DNA of 64,000 nt from Eledone cirrhosa. Taxonomy: Eukaryota. The first letter of the stretch is position 1. Each line of letters begins with the position of its first letter. The position numbers were made by a program, and so were the translations under genes. The stretch is taken from assembly GCA_964016885.1 (NCBI GenBank), contig OZ024744.1:124868001-124932000 (forward strand). The letters run 5' to 3'. The notes beneath the pieces are model-generated. The model was not told where the DNA came from, made no database searches, and saw only the letters and a list, made by a program, of their open reading frames with translations. Shown here piece by piece: positions 50,201 through 64,000 of this stretch.

Positions 50201-53200
50201 ATTGTGCATGTGTGATGAAAAAAATTTGTGTCGAAATCTTCTCGGAAAATAACGGATCGCCGGCGGAGATTGCCATTTCGATCGTGGGCCGGCCGGATCT
50301 TGTCGGATCGATTCGGACATATGTGCATCGTGTTCGCAAGGCCCTTGTCTATGTGTGGTGTGATTTTCATAAAGAAATTCCGAAAAACCCAGTTTTAAAT
50401 CTGATTTCGCCAAAGAATTTTGGCTATCAGATCGGGTTGAAAGGTATGGTTTCAGGTCGATCTGAAAGTCTAAAATGGAATTCACTCGGTTAGCTAACTT
50501 TTGATATATCGGAGATATCTTTCTGAAAATCACACCACACACTCCCAATGAGTGTCTGCACATGTACCAGTAATTACAGATGGATCCCACCACGGGCGGC
50601 CGGCCCACGATCGAAAAGGTTACTCCGAAGCACACCATTCGCCGGCGGAATTCATTTAGCATGGGCAGTTTTTCTCGAAAATCACACCACACACAGCCAA
50701 TGAGTGTCCGCACATGTACCAGTAATTACAGATGGATCCCACCACGGGCGGCTGGCCCACGATCGAAAAGGTTACTCCGCCTGCAAACGGTCATTTTCGA
50801 ATTCGTTTTCTTCGAAGCACACGATTCGCCGGCGGACTTCAGCTGCCTCATTTAGCATGGGCAGTTTTTCTCGAAAATCACACCACACACAGCAAATGTG
50901 TGTCCGCACATGTACCAGTAATTACAGATCGATTCCGGTGAAAATTCACTGAAAACGGGCCATTCGGCCCTGTGCGTCGATCGTGGGCCGGCCGGATGTT
51001 GACGGATCGATGTGTAATTAGAAGTACATGTGCGGACACTCATTGGCTGTGCGTGGTATGCATTTCAGCAAGATATCTCCGTAACATCAAGAGTTATGGC
51101 TGTGGAGGCACACCTAGTCAAACGTAAACAAGCTCTGGAGCGTATACGCTTCGCGATTTTGTTTACGTTTGACTAGGTGTGCCTCCACAGCCACAACTCT
51201 TGATGTTACGGAGATATCTTGCTGAAATGCATACCACGCACAGCCAATGAGTGTCCGCACATGTACTTCTAATTACACATCGATCCGTCAACATCCGGCC
51301 GGCCCACGATCGACGCACAGGGCCGGATGGCCCGTTTGCAGTGAATTTTCACCGGAATCGATCTGTAATTACTGGTACATGTGCGGACACACATTTGCTG
51401 TGTGTGGTGTGATTTTCGAGAAAGACTGCCCATGCTAAATGAGGAAGCTGAAGTCCGCCGGCGAATGGTGTGCTTCGAAGAAAACTAATTCGAAAATGAC
51501 TATTTGCCGGCGGAATCACCTTTTCGGTCCTGGTCCGGCCGGATCTTGCCGGATCGATCGGAAATTTGTGGACCATGTTCGGAAGGCCATTGTGCATGTG
51601 TGGTGAAAAAAATTTGTGTCGAAATCTTCTCGGAAAATAACGGATCGCCGGCGGAGATTGCCATTTCGATCGTGGGCCGGCCGGATCTTGTCGGATCGAT
51701 TCGGACATATGTGCATCGTGTTCGCAAGGCCCTTGTCTATGTGTGGTGTGATTTTCATAAAGAAATTCCGAAAAACCCAGTTTTAAATCTGATTTCGCCA
51801 AAGAATTTTGGCTATCAGATCGGGTTGAAAGGTATGGTTTCAGGTCGATCTGAAAGTCTAAAATGGAATTCACTCGGTTAGCTAACTATTGATATATCGG
51901 AGATATCTTTCTGAAAATCACACCACACACTCCCAATGAGTGTCTGCACATGTACCAGTAATTACAGATGGATCCCACCACGGGCGGCCGGCCCACGATC
52001 GAAAAGGTTACTCCGAAGCACACCATTCGCCGGCGGAATTCATTTAGCATGGGCAGTTTTTCTCGAAAATCACACCACACACAGCCAATGAGTGTCCGCA
52101 CATGTACCAGTAATTACAGATGGATCCCACCACGGGCGGCTGGCCCACGATCGAAAAGGTTACTCCGCCTGCAAACGGTCATTTTCGAATTCGTTTTCTT
52201 CGAAGCACACGATTCGCCGGCGGACTTCAGCTGCCTCATTTAGCATGGGCAGTTTTTCTCGAAAATCACACCACACACAGCAAATGTGTGTCCGCACATG
52301 TACCAGTAATTACAGATCGATTCCGGTGAAAATTCACTGAAAACGGGCCATTCGGCCCTGTGCGTCGATCGTGGGCCGGCCGAATGTTGACGGATCGATG
52401 TGTAATTAGAGGTACATGTGCGGACACTCATTGGCTGTGCGTGGTATGCATTTCAGCAAGATATCTCCGTAACATCAAGAGTTATGGCTGTGGAGGCACA
52501 CCTAGTCAAACGTAAACAAGCTCTGGAGCGTATACGCTTCGCGATTTTGTTTACGTTTGACTAGGTGTGCCTCCACAGCCACAACTCTTGATGTTACGGA
52601 GATATCTTGCTGAAATGCATACCACGCACAGCCAATGAGTGTCCGCACATGTACTTCTAATTACACATCGATCCGTCAACATCCGGCCGGCCCACGATCG
52701 ACGCACAGGGCCGGATGGCCCGTTTGCAGTGAATTTTCACCGGAATCGATCTGTAATTACTGGTACATGTGCGGACACACATTTGCTGTGTGTGGTGTGA
52801 TTTTCACGAAAAACTGCCCATGCTAAATGAGGAAGCTGAAGTCCGCCGGCGAATGGTGTGCTTCGAAGAAAACTAATTCGAAAATGACCGTTTGCAGGCG
52901 GAGTAACCTTTTCGATCGTGGGCCAGCCGCCCGTGGTGGGATACATCTGTAATTACTGGTACATGTGCGGACACACATTTGCTGTGTGTGGTGTGATTTT
53001 CGAGAAAGACTGCCCATGCTAAATGAGGAAGCTGAAGTCCGCCGGCGAATGGTGTGCTTCGAAGAAAACTAATTCGAAAATGACTATTTGCCGGCGGAAT
53101 CACCTTTTCGGTCCTGGTCCGGCCGGATCTTGCCGGATCGATCGGAAATTTGTGGACCATGTTCGGAAGGCCATTGTGCATGTGTGGTGAAAAAAATTTG

Positions 53201-53873
53201 TGTCGAAATCTTCTCGGAAAATAACGGATCGCCGGCGGAGATTGCCATTTCGATCGTGGGCCGGCCGGATCTTGTCGGATCGATTCGGACATATGTGCAT
53301 CGTGTTCGCAAGGCCCTTGTCTATGTGTGGTGTGATTTTCATAAAGAAATTCCGAAAAACCCAGTTTTAAATCTGATTTCGCCAAAGAATTTTGGCTATC
53401 AGATCGGGTTGAAAGGTATGGTTTCAGGTCGATCTGAAAGTCTAAAATGGAATTCACTCGGTTAGCTAACTATTGATATATCGGAGATATCTTTCTGAAA
53501 ATCACACCACACACTCCCAATGAGTGTCTGCACATGTACCAGTAATTACAGATGGATCCCACCACGGGCGGCCGGCCCACGATCGAAAAGGTTACTCCGA
53601 AGCACACCATTCGCCGGCGGAATTCATTTAGCATGGGCAGTCTTTCTCGAAAATCACACCACACACAGCCAATGAGTGTCCGCACATGTACCAGTAATTA
53701 CAGATGGATCCCCCCACGGGCGGCTGGCCCACGATCGAAAAGGTTACTCCGCCTGCAAACGGTCATTTTCGAATTCGTTTTCTTCGAAGCACACGATTCG
53801 CCGGCGGACTTCAGCTGCCTCATTTAGCATGGGCAGTTTTTCTCGAAAATCACACCACACACAGCCAATGAGT
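44291..53873. repeat. Palindromic higher-order satellite, copy B (periods 1780, 1584, 1584, 1584, 1388)
   Basis: Centres near 44613, 46393, 47977, 49561, 51145 and 52533; periods differ by multiples of 196. Confidence 0.95.
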
Positions 53874-53917
53874 TTAAAATACTCACCGTTTGATTTGGAA
53901 AAACTTAAAATGCTCAC

Positions 53918-53948
53918 ATATATATGTGTATGTATTTATCTATGCATG

Positions 53949-53994
<46 letters not shown>

Positions 53995-54474
53995 TATGTA
54001 TTTATCTATGTATTTATCTATATGCATGGATATATATATATATATATATATTTATCTATGTATTTATCTATATGCATGGATATATATATATATATATATG
54101 TATTTATCTATGCATGTATGAATATATAAAATATATATATATATATATGTGTGTATGTATTTATCTATGCATGTATGAATATATAAAATATATATATATA
54201 TATATATGTATGTATTTATCTATGCATGTATATATATATAAAATATATACATAAATATATATATATATGTATTTATCTATGCATGTGTGCATACATATAT
54301 ATATATATATGTATTTATCTATACATGTATGTATATATATATATATACATATATAAGTATTTATCTATACATGTATGTATATATATATATACATATATAT
54401 GTATTTATCTATACATGTATGTATATATATATATATATATATGTATATAAGTATTTATCTATACATGTATGTAT

Positions 54475-54507
<33 letters not shown>

Positions 54508-55018
54508 AGTATTTATCTATACATGTATGTATATATAAAATATTGTCATGTTTACAAAAATATTTTTCTAATATCGTGTTTAATATTTTATATTGTCGTC
54601 TGCTTCTCTTCTCACGTGGTTACTTACTCTCTCACCCTCTCTCTCTTTCCCCTCTCATACAACCCCTTCTTTCTCTTTCTTTCCCCTCTCACACAACCTC
54701 TTCTTTCTCTCTCTTTTTGCCAGTCCCTTCTCTCACTCTCTCTCCCTCTTCCTTTTTTATCTCTTTCTTTCTGTCTCTGTTTCCCTCCTATAGACATTCT
54801 CTCTCTCTCTTTCTGCTCTCACTCAGCCTTCTCTCTCTCTCTCTCTCTTTCCCCTCTCACACAGTCTTCTCTCTCTCTCTTTCCCCTCTCACACAGCATT
54901 CTCTCTCTCTCTCTCTCTCTTTCCCCTCTCACACAGCATTCTCTCTCTCTCTCTCTCTCTCTCTCTTTATTTCCCCTCTCACACAGCCTTCTCTCTCTAT
55001 CTATCTATCTCTCTCTCT
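53918..55018. repeat. TA-rich and CT-rich simple repeats specific to copy B
   Basis: Read directly from the sequence. Confidence 0.9.
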
Positions 55019-56017
55019 GGAGATTTTTTAACACAAAGTCACACAAGGATTAGAAAAATGGCGATAATCACTTTGAAAGTAACAATTATGCAATAAATAG
55101 TTGTTATTGCCACGTCTCGTATCCTCCTTTGGCAATGTGTAAAATGTTAGCGAGATCGAGTGAACAATACACAAGTTATAATACTTTACAGACGGGACTT
55201 ATACAGTAGATGTAGCCAAATGCGTAGATTACGATTCTTGAGACGAGATTAAAATATACGATTAGGGGATACTTTAAGAAGACGAGTAGATGTTTGAGTA
55301 GATTTAGCTGCTTTTTCTAGCATTTTTAGTTATACTTTGAAGCATATTTTTTTTGTTACTATTATATTAAAAGTTATCTGGTTACGTTATTTGACTGGTA
55401 TTTCTAGCATTTTACAAGGACCACGTGTGTGTTTTATTTAAGGAAGATCTAGTTGTTATTTCTGATATTTTCTTCATCAAGTTAGTTGCTATTTCCTGCA
55501 TCCTCTTGAAGACAAGAAATAATAATGAATTAGCTGCTGTTTCTAGTAGGTTCTATGGTAGTGATGAGCGTGGGAGGGAGGTTTGACTGCTATTTTTAGC
55601 AGGTTCTAAGGCATTGAGGTTTATGTTTTACGAGAGATTTGGCTGTTATTTCTAACATGTTATAATGGAGAGAGAGAGAGAGTATAAGATATACAGAGAG
55701 AGGGAGTATAAGATATAGAGAGAGGGGAAACGGCCGATGTTTACGTTGAGAAAACCTAATAAAATGTTATAAATGGGTTTATAAAGAATAGAATGAGATA
55801 AACAAGACAAAGTTAGATAAAATAAATCAGCTGTAAGGATATTATACGATATATTTATAATATTTTAATATATTTTTCCTGGTCGTCTGCTGCCATTGAT
55901 AGAGAGAGGAGTGGTGGGAGGTAGCCATAACAACCGTGGTAGCAGCACTGAGGTTTGTTTTTAAAGAAGTGAATACAAGAAAAACAAGCAACTAAGAATA
56001 TTAATCTCTTAAACCCT

Positions 56018-56620
56018 TCAAGATGTGTATGACAAGAAAGAAGACGTTTTAGAGTCGTATGACATAGATGATAACTGGAAATTCTTACGTGACAACTTAC
56101 TGCAGGCTACTGAAGAAACTTGTGGCTGGAGCAGAGCTCCGACCAGACAGAGAGTGACCTGGTGGTGGGACAACACGGTAGATAAGGCCATTAGAGACAA
56201 AAGACTAGCATGGAACACTTGAAAAAATGGTGGGAGTAGAGACCGATACACAGCTGCTAAGAGAGAAGCTAGACGTCAGATGTACTTAGCACGCACGGAG
56301 GCTGAGAGTAGGAGGTTTGCCAATGTTCTGTGATGGGAAGATCAGAGGCGTGCGGTGTTCCACATTGCAAGGCATGGTGTCAGTGTAAATCAGGATGTTG
56401 TTGGAGATAAGTGTATCCGGAATGATGCCAGTGTACTTGGTGTCACGAATGATCAAAAAAAGGAGGCCTGGAAATATCATTATGAGAGGCTGATGAATTG
56501 TGGAGAATGAATGGGAGAGAGGGAAACTATCCCCAGTAGACCCAACAGAGGGACCAGCTATTGAGATTGGGAAATATAGGGTACAAGAGGCAATTAAGGA
56601 AATGAAGAATGGCAAGGCTA
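56018..56620 (+). mobile_element. RTE linker-region fragment specific to copy B
   Basis: WKFLRDNLLQATEETCGW..RVTWWWDNTVDKAIRDKRLAW; VQEAIKEMKNGKA. Confidence 0.85.
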
Positions 56621-56627
56621 CATTTAA

Positions 56628-56848
56628 CCCTTTAGCATTTAAACCAGCCATACCTAGCCAGAATACTCTCACATCTTTCTGTTCAAACCAGCCATAACTG
56701 GCCACTCATACTGACGTTAAGGTATTGTTCTCAATATAAATAATATCAAAATCTCATAGATTCGATATTATATGAGATAATTATGTAAGATAAAGCCTTT
56801 ACCACAAAAATACAATAGTATATATAGAGTAATAAAAATGCTAAAGGG
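56628..56848. mobile_element. piggyBac-like MITE, copy B
   Basis: TTAA|CCCTTTAGCATTT...AAATGCTAAAGGG. Confidence 0.78.
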
Positions 56849-57212
56849 TAAAAGTAGCTTATTATTTTGTGAGCTCTTGCTACTTATTGCTCTTGTGCAT
56901 CAAGAACATACACAGCTTACATTTTGTTGCTAATCTCACTGAGATCCAACTACATCTCTTGTTTATCCATAGTTTGGAATTTCTACCTACTCCTTTCCTT
57001 TAGAATGATCAAGGCCATTTTCTTGTGGGGATCTAGGCCCTGTTTTCCTTTCTATTTTGCCAAGTTATCTTACATCACTTTCATTCTAGACCATGCTTCC
57101 AGGTTTGGAATTTCTCCTCTAATTTTACCACAGATTAAGTGACAAGGGTTCAATCATGTGCATACAGGAGTTCCCATGGACAGCCAGTAATATGTAATAG
57201 CCTGCAGGATGA

Positions 57213-58743
57213 TAATAAACAGAAGAGGGTTAATTACAGAGCCCTGATAGAGGGTTAATAACAGAGCCCTGATAGACTTGTTCACTCAACTCCTCACTAT
57301 AGCCATCATTACTTTTAACCTTACTGACTGCTCCTCCATACATGGCTTTTACTGCTCTCACAAGCCACTCATATACCCCTAGTTTTCTAAGTTATACACC
57401 AGATTAGGGAAGGGGGAAGTCTCACAGAAGCTCTCTCTGGGTCAACAAATGCCAAGTAGAGGGGCTTATTTTAGCTAGGTACTACTCTTGCAGTTGCCAC
57501 ACAAGGAAGAGGACATCAGTGGTACTTTTACCTGGCACAAATCCAAACTTCATCTCATCTAGGTTAACTTGGTCCCTAATCAGCTGTGTTATAAATCTAA
57601 CACCTTCATGAAGTGGTCCATCTAATATCTCTATAGTTTTCTAGCTCTAGTACATCTCCTTTGCCCTTGTAGCAGTTGATGATGATGATACTACACCATT
57701 TATTTGGTATGACACCATTTTGTATTACATGCTGTACGATACCAGTGGTTAAGATGTGACCCACCATCCCAGATACTTTCAGTATCTCAGCAACTATCAC
57801 CAATGGACAAGATACTTTCTCTGTCTTCATATCCTTAATTACCTTACTTCATATCCTTAATTACCTTACTGCTTACTTGTATGGCTGGACCCTCTGTTGG
57901 GCCCACTTTCCGTAGACTATCTTCCTCCCATGCATTCTCCTCATTCAGTAATCTTTCATAAAGGCATTTCCATGTTACAAAGGTTGGCTGAAAAGTTCAT
58001 AGACTATCAATGATAGCATGATGCTAGAGCTGTGAAATCTTGCCTGCATTAATTTCAACTCTTCTTATTAATAACTGCATTGTTTCCTTCCAGGGACTAT
58101 GTTGAAAAATAAACCTCATTTGGTCATTCCATGAGTGTATCTTGGTCTGCCTATGAACTTTTCAGCTGACCCTATTCAGCATCAGTGAGCCCAAATGCCC
58201 CATTATCATCCTGGACACACTTTACCCCAACATCACAATTTGCCCTCACACACTGCCTCACAATCCTGAACATCTCATGTATTTCATCCTCACATCATAA
58301 AACCAACTGAAATTATATATTCTCTGCTTCCCTCCTTGCAAAGAATACTTCTTGCCTAGCTTCCTGTAGTGTACCCTCCAGCTGCCTCCATTCTGCCATT
58401 ATTCCATGCCTGTCTCTTGGCCTTAACTGTCTCATCTACCCTAGTGTTTCACCACCAAGATACTCTCCTCTCTGAAGCCCTGCTCCAGCCACAGATCTAG
58501 TTTGACACCTTCAGCAAAGGTTCTTTAAGGAACTCCCACTGTTCCCCTATATTGTATGTTTCTATTTGTTCTTCCTTACTGTTGTAAAGATCAAACAAAA
58601 TATCTCTAAATTTGGAACTGGCTGAGGGGTCCTTTAACTTCCATATCCTTCTCCTCCAAGTTGCCCTCAGTCTTCAAGTTCATCTAAGTCTATGAAATCA
58701 CTAACTACTGGGTTATGTTGGGAGGTGCATTCTTCCCCAGGGG
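57213..58743 (-). mobile_element. Degenerate RTE with nested mariner-type MITE (57978-58174), copy B
   Basis: Duplicate of 17480-19010. Confidence 0.85.
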
Positions 58744-58889
58744 GTGGGGATTGTGTGTTTACAAATGTCAATATCTCATCTTCTGGTGAGGATAAAAATC
58801 TGACTGGCATGCTCCTCTGACCAATAGGTGTTGAAGTGGTTGTCGGGTAAACGTTAAGACCCTCTGATATACATATATATATATATATA

Positions 58890-58948
58890 CTAGCAGTGGT
58901 ACCCGGCGTTGCACGGGATAACGTATTTCGGAACGCGGGCCGCCATCT
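58890..58948 (-). mobile_element. Helitron-like 3' terminus, copy B
   Basis: Duplicate of 19157-19215. Confidence 0.65.
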
Positions 58949-59212
58949 TCCACTTCAGCCGGTCGCCCTAAAGTGTTGGCTATTCAGTCTACTTGAGGCC
59001 AGTTGGTGAGGGGGGGTAAAGCTTTCAGTGTGCTACTACCCTCACGGTCAAATAGAAAGGGAGAGGAAGAAAAGTCAGCGTTAATATCGTGCTACACGTT
59101 TGAAAGGTTGGATGACTTTAGAGTTCACCAGGGTGGGGGGTTCTAAAAGTATCTATCTTGGTATTTTATCTTAGAAGTAATCATTACAGAGTGTACTGGG
59201 TGTATTTTAGTG

Positions 59213-60063
59213 GGCAGTAATTCCATAAAGAACACAGTATAATCTGTGGACACAAGCCTTGCAGTGTGATTACAGGCAGGTTAATGGGAAAGATAGATTA
59301 TATATGTGACATGATGTACATGAGAAGTGAGGACACAGACCACACATGAAATAGATTCCTACAACTGTCAGGGAGGCTCCCTAGAATTACAGATGACATA
59401 TTTCAATATCTCGGTGATCAAGTTAGCAGTGGAGGAAGAATCTCTAAAAGTGTAATACCCAGGATAAGGACAGGCTGGAAGAAGTTTAGAGTACTGTTCC
59501 ATCTGTTGACAACAAAGGGCTTCTCTCTCAGAATGGAGGCTAGACTGCTTGATACTTATGTGTGGTCTGCAATCTACACCCCAGCCATGCCCCTTCCACT
59601 ACCACTCCTTAGCTATTTCTCTCCATTAATACTCCTCACATTTCAAGCAGTTTTCTCATCTCAATGAAAGAAAAATATTGGGCTCAAGAGAAGTCTTCAG
59701 TTATGCCATGGTGTGGCAACCTCCCTAGGGTTGGGCAGAGTGTAAATGAGAGTGAAATTAGGTATGAGAGGGATCATATGCAGTATACAAGAGAGTAGAT
59801 TACATTGGTATGGTCATGTGATGGGTATAAAGGATGACAGCTGTATAAAAATGTGCTGGGCAATCAAAGTTGATGGAAGTTATGAAGGCGGAAGACCCAG
59901 GATGACCTGGGATGAGGTGATAAAAGATGACTTTGCACAATTGCAACTCTCAAAGACAATGACACAGGATAGAGATCTTGAGATGTATGCAGCAATACAG
60001 AAGGCCTGCTTTCCAATGTGCACGGACTCAAACATACATCTAGTAGGCCCCTCCTAACCACTA
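59213..60063 (+). mobile_element. Degenerate RTE C-terminal part, copy B
   Basis: Duplicate of 19480-20330. Confidence 0.85.
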
Positions 60064-60108
60064 TACTCCTTTCCAAACTCCCACACTCCCACTTCTGTAC
60101 ACACCACC

Positions 60109-60822
60109 TTTAGACTGTAAAGTGGTAGTGTACAAGTCACAACAAAAGCACCCAGTCCACTCTGTAAAGTTGATGTGTTGGTGTCATAACAAAAGGCACT
60201 CAGTCCACTCTGTAAAGAGGTTGTGTAAGTGTCACAACAAAGACATCTAGTCCACACTGTAAAGTGGTCATGTAGGTGTCACAACAAAAAGTACCAGTCA
60301 TTATTGTAAAGTGGTTGTATAGGTGTCATAACAAAAAGCACCCAGTCGACACTGTAAAGTGGTTGTGTAGGTGTCAGAACCAAAAGCACCCAGTCCACAC
60401 TGTAAAGTGGTTGTGTAGGTGTCATGACAAAAAGCACCTAGTCCACACTGTAAAGTGGTCATGCAGGTGTCATGACAAAAAGCACCCAGTCCTCACTGTA
60501 AAGTGGTCATGTAGGTGTCATGTCAAAAAGCACCCAGTCCACCCTGTAAAGTGGTTGTGTAGGTGTCATGATAAAAAGCACCCAGTCCACACAGTAAAGT
60601 GGTCATGTAGGTGTCACTAAAAAAGCACCCAGTCTACTCTGTAAAGTGGTCATGTAGGTGTCATGACAAATAGCACCCAGTCCACCCTGTAAAGTGTTCA
60701 TGTAGGTGTCATGACGGAGAGTAACCAGTCCACAATGTAAAGTAGCCATGTAGCTGTCACAACAAAGCACCCAGTCCACACTGTAAAGTGGTCATGTAGG
60801 TGTCATTTCAAAAAGCACCCAG
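60109..60822 (+). repeat. 48-bp minisatellite, copy B
   Basis: About 15 units. Confidence 0.9.
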
Positions 60823-60826
60823 GTCC

Positions 60827-61047
60827 ATGGCTTGGCCTGCTAACCGACGCTATACCCAAGTCGGTCGCCATGCTTTCCAGCATAGAGTTACGTCTCTTTA
60901 TGGTCTGAGTTCAAATCACGCCGAGGTTAACTTTGCCTTTCATCCTTACGGGGTCGATAAAATAAAGCACCAGTAATGTACTGGGGTCGATTTAATCGAC
61001 TTTCCCCTCCTCTGCCAAATGACACACACATGCATGGTTCGGGGGAA
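60827..61047 (+). mobile_element. SINE, copy B
   Basis: Duplicate of 20950-21170. Confidence 0.8.
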
Positions 61048-61052
61048 CCTAC

Positions 61053-61094
<42 letters not shown>

Positions 61095-61975
61095 GTAGGT
61101 CACTGGTTGAGTCGGTATTAACCACAGTAACTAAGGTACTCAATACATATTAGATATAGGTGTCTTTCTAATTGCTGGCCTTGTTCATAAGGTATACACA
61201 AGTATGATGTGTGTCTGTTTAACTGTACGTGTGAAAACATCGCGAAATTGCGCCTTTTAATATTTGAATATAAACAGTTAAAAAATAATTATTTTAGTAA
61301 TTTTTAAATATCGATAATGTGTATATAAATATTAGAAATCAATTTAATTAGTTCAGTAACATTACTCGGAGTTAAGATAAACCTTCATTTGAAGAAATTC
61401 GAGATTTGACCAAATAAATAGATTATGTGATCAATAAAAAAAATATGTATACGCGCTAGAACGACGGGTTGCAGACAGTCAGGCATACAGACACATATTT
61501 TAAAGCGTGCGACGTTAAAAGTCTTACTCTCTCTCTTTTTAGATAGATAGACTTAATTAAAGCAGTTTCACTCTCTCTATATTTCATCAGCTCTCTCTCT
61601 CTCTTAAATTGAAAGATTCATTAAGGCTGAAATAATCTAAACAGTAACATCATGTTTCGCCAGCTCTAGCTTGCGTCCAGAGATATACACACACATATAT
61701 ATATATTTTTTTTGTTATCGAGTTGAGCTTTGCCAAGCATAGAATTCCAAATTTGACCATCTCCACTGAAAATGTTCGTGAAATAGTCTTTAAGAAGCAA
61801 TTTAATTTTTTCCAACTGAAACTGTAAGTATTTTAAAATTTATTTCAACATGGTCTTAAAAGATTGTTGGCTTTTTTTAAATTCATAACTATTTACTATG
61901 AAATATAAATTATTAAATCCAATTTATTTGATAACCATGATTTGATTTTATAATTACCTGAATCACGTTAACATG

Positions 61976-62016
<41 letters not shown>

Positions 62017-62274
62017 GTGTGTGTATATATATATATATATAATAATTGTTTCTACGTTACGCAGTGTATTACTGGTACTGTATTTTACGATATTAAATAT
62101 TAAATATTAACTATTAGATATTAAATATTAAATATTAGATATTAGATATTAAATATTAAATATTAAATATGATATCCCTGAAATATATATAATGAAATAA
62201 ATATGGTTTTATAAATGTAATTTCCATTTGTTTAATATCAAATATATATATATATATATATGTATTTATGTATA

Positions 62275-62348
<74 letters not shown>

Positions 62349-62377
62349 GCAGACACAGACACAGAATATCGTATATA

Positions 62378-62421
<44 letters not shown>

Positions 62422-62652
62422 AGAGGCAGACACAGACACAGAATATCGTATATATCACACACACACAATTAAGACTTGACGTGTTGCAGACAGCCAGACA
62501 TACAGAGAGATATTTTAAAGCGTGCGACCTTACATTTCTTACTCTTTCTCTTATCAAAAGAGAAAGAGTAATGCTAACACTTACGTCTACTTCACGCTCT
62601 CTTGAACCGTTACAGAAATTGCATCACATCTAATTATAACTTTGTACGTTTG

Positions 62653-62727
<75 letters not shown>

Positions 62728-62733
62728 GCACAC

Positions 62734-62764
<31 letters not shown>

Positions 62765-62767
62765 CAC

Positions 62768-62825
<58 letters not shown>

Positions 62826-62892
62826 GTGTGTGTGTGTATATATATACACACACACGTGTATATATATATATATATATACACACACACGTGTG

Positions 62893-62925
<33 letters not shown>

Positions 62926-62932
62926 GTGTGTG

Positions 62933-62963
<31 letters not shown>

Positions 62964-62985
62964 GTGTGTGTATATATATATATAT
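62653..62985. repeat. Compound microsatellite, CR1-empty site
   Basis: Flanks match 22692 and 26671 with no CR1 between them. Confidence 0.92.
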
Positions 62986-63327
62986 CTGTCTCTCTCCCTG
63001 TCTCTCACTCTGCCTCTATCCCCCCTCTCTCTCTCTGTCTCTCCCCCCCCTCTCTCTCTCTCTAGTAGTAGAGAGAGAGAGAGATATAAACGTATAACCC
63101 TAAACCTAACCCATCTCTCTCACTCTCTCTCTCCCCCTCTCTCTCTCTTCTCTCTCTCACTCTCCCTCTACCCCTCCCTCTCTCTATTTCTCTCTCTCTC
63201 TCTCCAGTAGTAGAGAGAGACAAAGAGAGAGAGAGATATAAACGTATAACCCTAACCAAACCCTAACCCAACTCTAACCCAACCCTAACCCTAACCCCAA
63301 CCCTAACTCTAACCTAACCCTAACCCA

Positions 63328-63358
<31 letters not shown>

Positions 63359-63692
63359 ACCCCCTCTCTCTCTCTCTAGTAGTAGAGAGAGAGACAAAGA
63401 GAGAGAGAGAGATATAAACGTATAACCCTAACCCATCTCTCTCTCTCTATTTCTCCCCCCCCCCCTCTCTCTCTCTCTAGTAGTAGAGAGAGAGAGACAA
63501 AGAGAGAGAGAGATATAAACGTATAACCCTAACCCAACCCTAACCTCTCTCTCTCCCCCCTCTCTCTCTCTATTCCCCCCTCTCTCTCTCTCTCTAGTAG
63601 TAGAGAGAGAGACAGAGAGAGAGAGAGAGATAGATATAAACGTATAACCCTAACCCAACCCTAACCCATCTCTCTCTCTCTCTCTCTCTCTC
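62986..63692. repeat. Composite CT/AG hairpin plus telomere-like repeat, copy B, 5 units
   Basis: Read directly from the sequence. Confidence 0.9.
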
Positions 63693-64000
63693 TTTGTTTT
63701 TAACATTGTTTTGTTTTTCTTTTCTTTTCTTATTCAGATGACAAACGGCAGAGGATACAACAGAAGAAAAGAACAAAGATAATTATTATTATTATTACTA
63801 TTATTATTTGTTTTATTATAATCAAAATATGCTGTTAGTTAGATCTGCATTGCGTACATTTTATATAATTTATGCCAGTTCCTTTTCTGCATATCGAACA
63901 TGGCCATTTCCCTGACGGAATAGAGTTTTGTCCTCTTTCGTGACACAAAGTACAGCCAGCGGCATCATTGCGGACAGACTTAATCCCGAATTGCACTGAC

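Larger units (their letters stand above)
36187..64000 (+). repeat. Segmental duplication, copy B (runs off the window end)
   Basis: Collinear with 1-27433 apart from array copy numbers, one replaced block and the missing CR1. Confidence 0.97.

Overview
This window is repeat-rich animal DNA, probably from an octopus or related cephalopod. That assignment is inferred from recalled SINE/RTE/CR1 families and was not checked. No intact host protein-coding gene is supported. Positions 1-27433 recur almost identically at 36187-64000 (starting offset 36186 bp). Each copy carries a collapsed rDNA-like cassette: (CCCTAA)n tract, 169/172-bp CpG-rich repeats, ETS-like sequence, the 5' end of 18S rRNA, a 4-6 kb satellite built from shuffled 18S and 28S fragments, the degenerate 3' end of 28S, and a G-rich telomere-like tract. 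A 5.6-9.6 kb array of long palindromes follows; in copy A it ends next to a Helitron-like 3' terminus. The rest is a transposon graveyard: CR1 (copy A only), RTE, R4/Dong-like with a twin-priming-type inversion, CRE-like, SINEs, and piggyBac- and mariner-type MITEs. Coordinates were read by eye and may be off by a few bases; boundaries of degenerate elements are looser.
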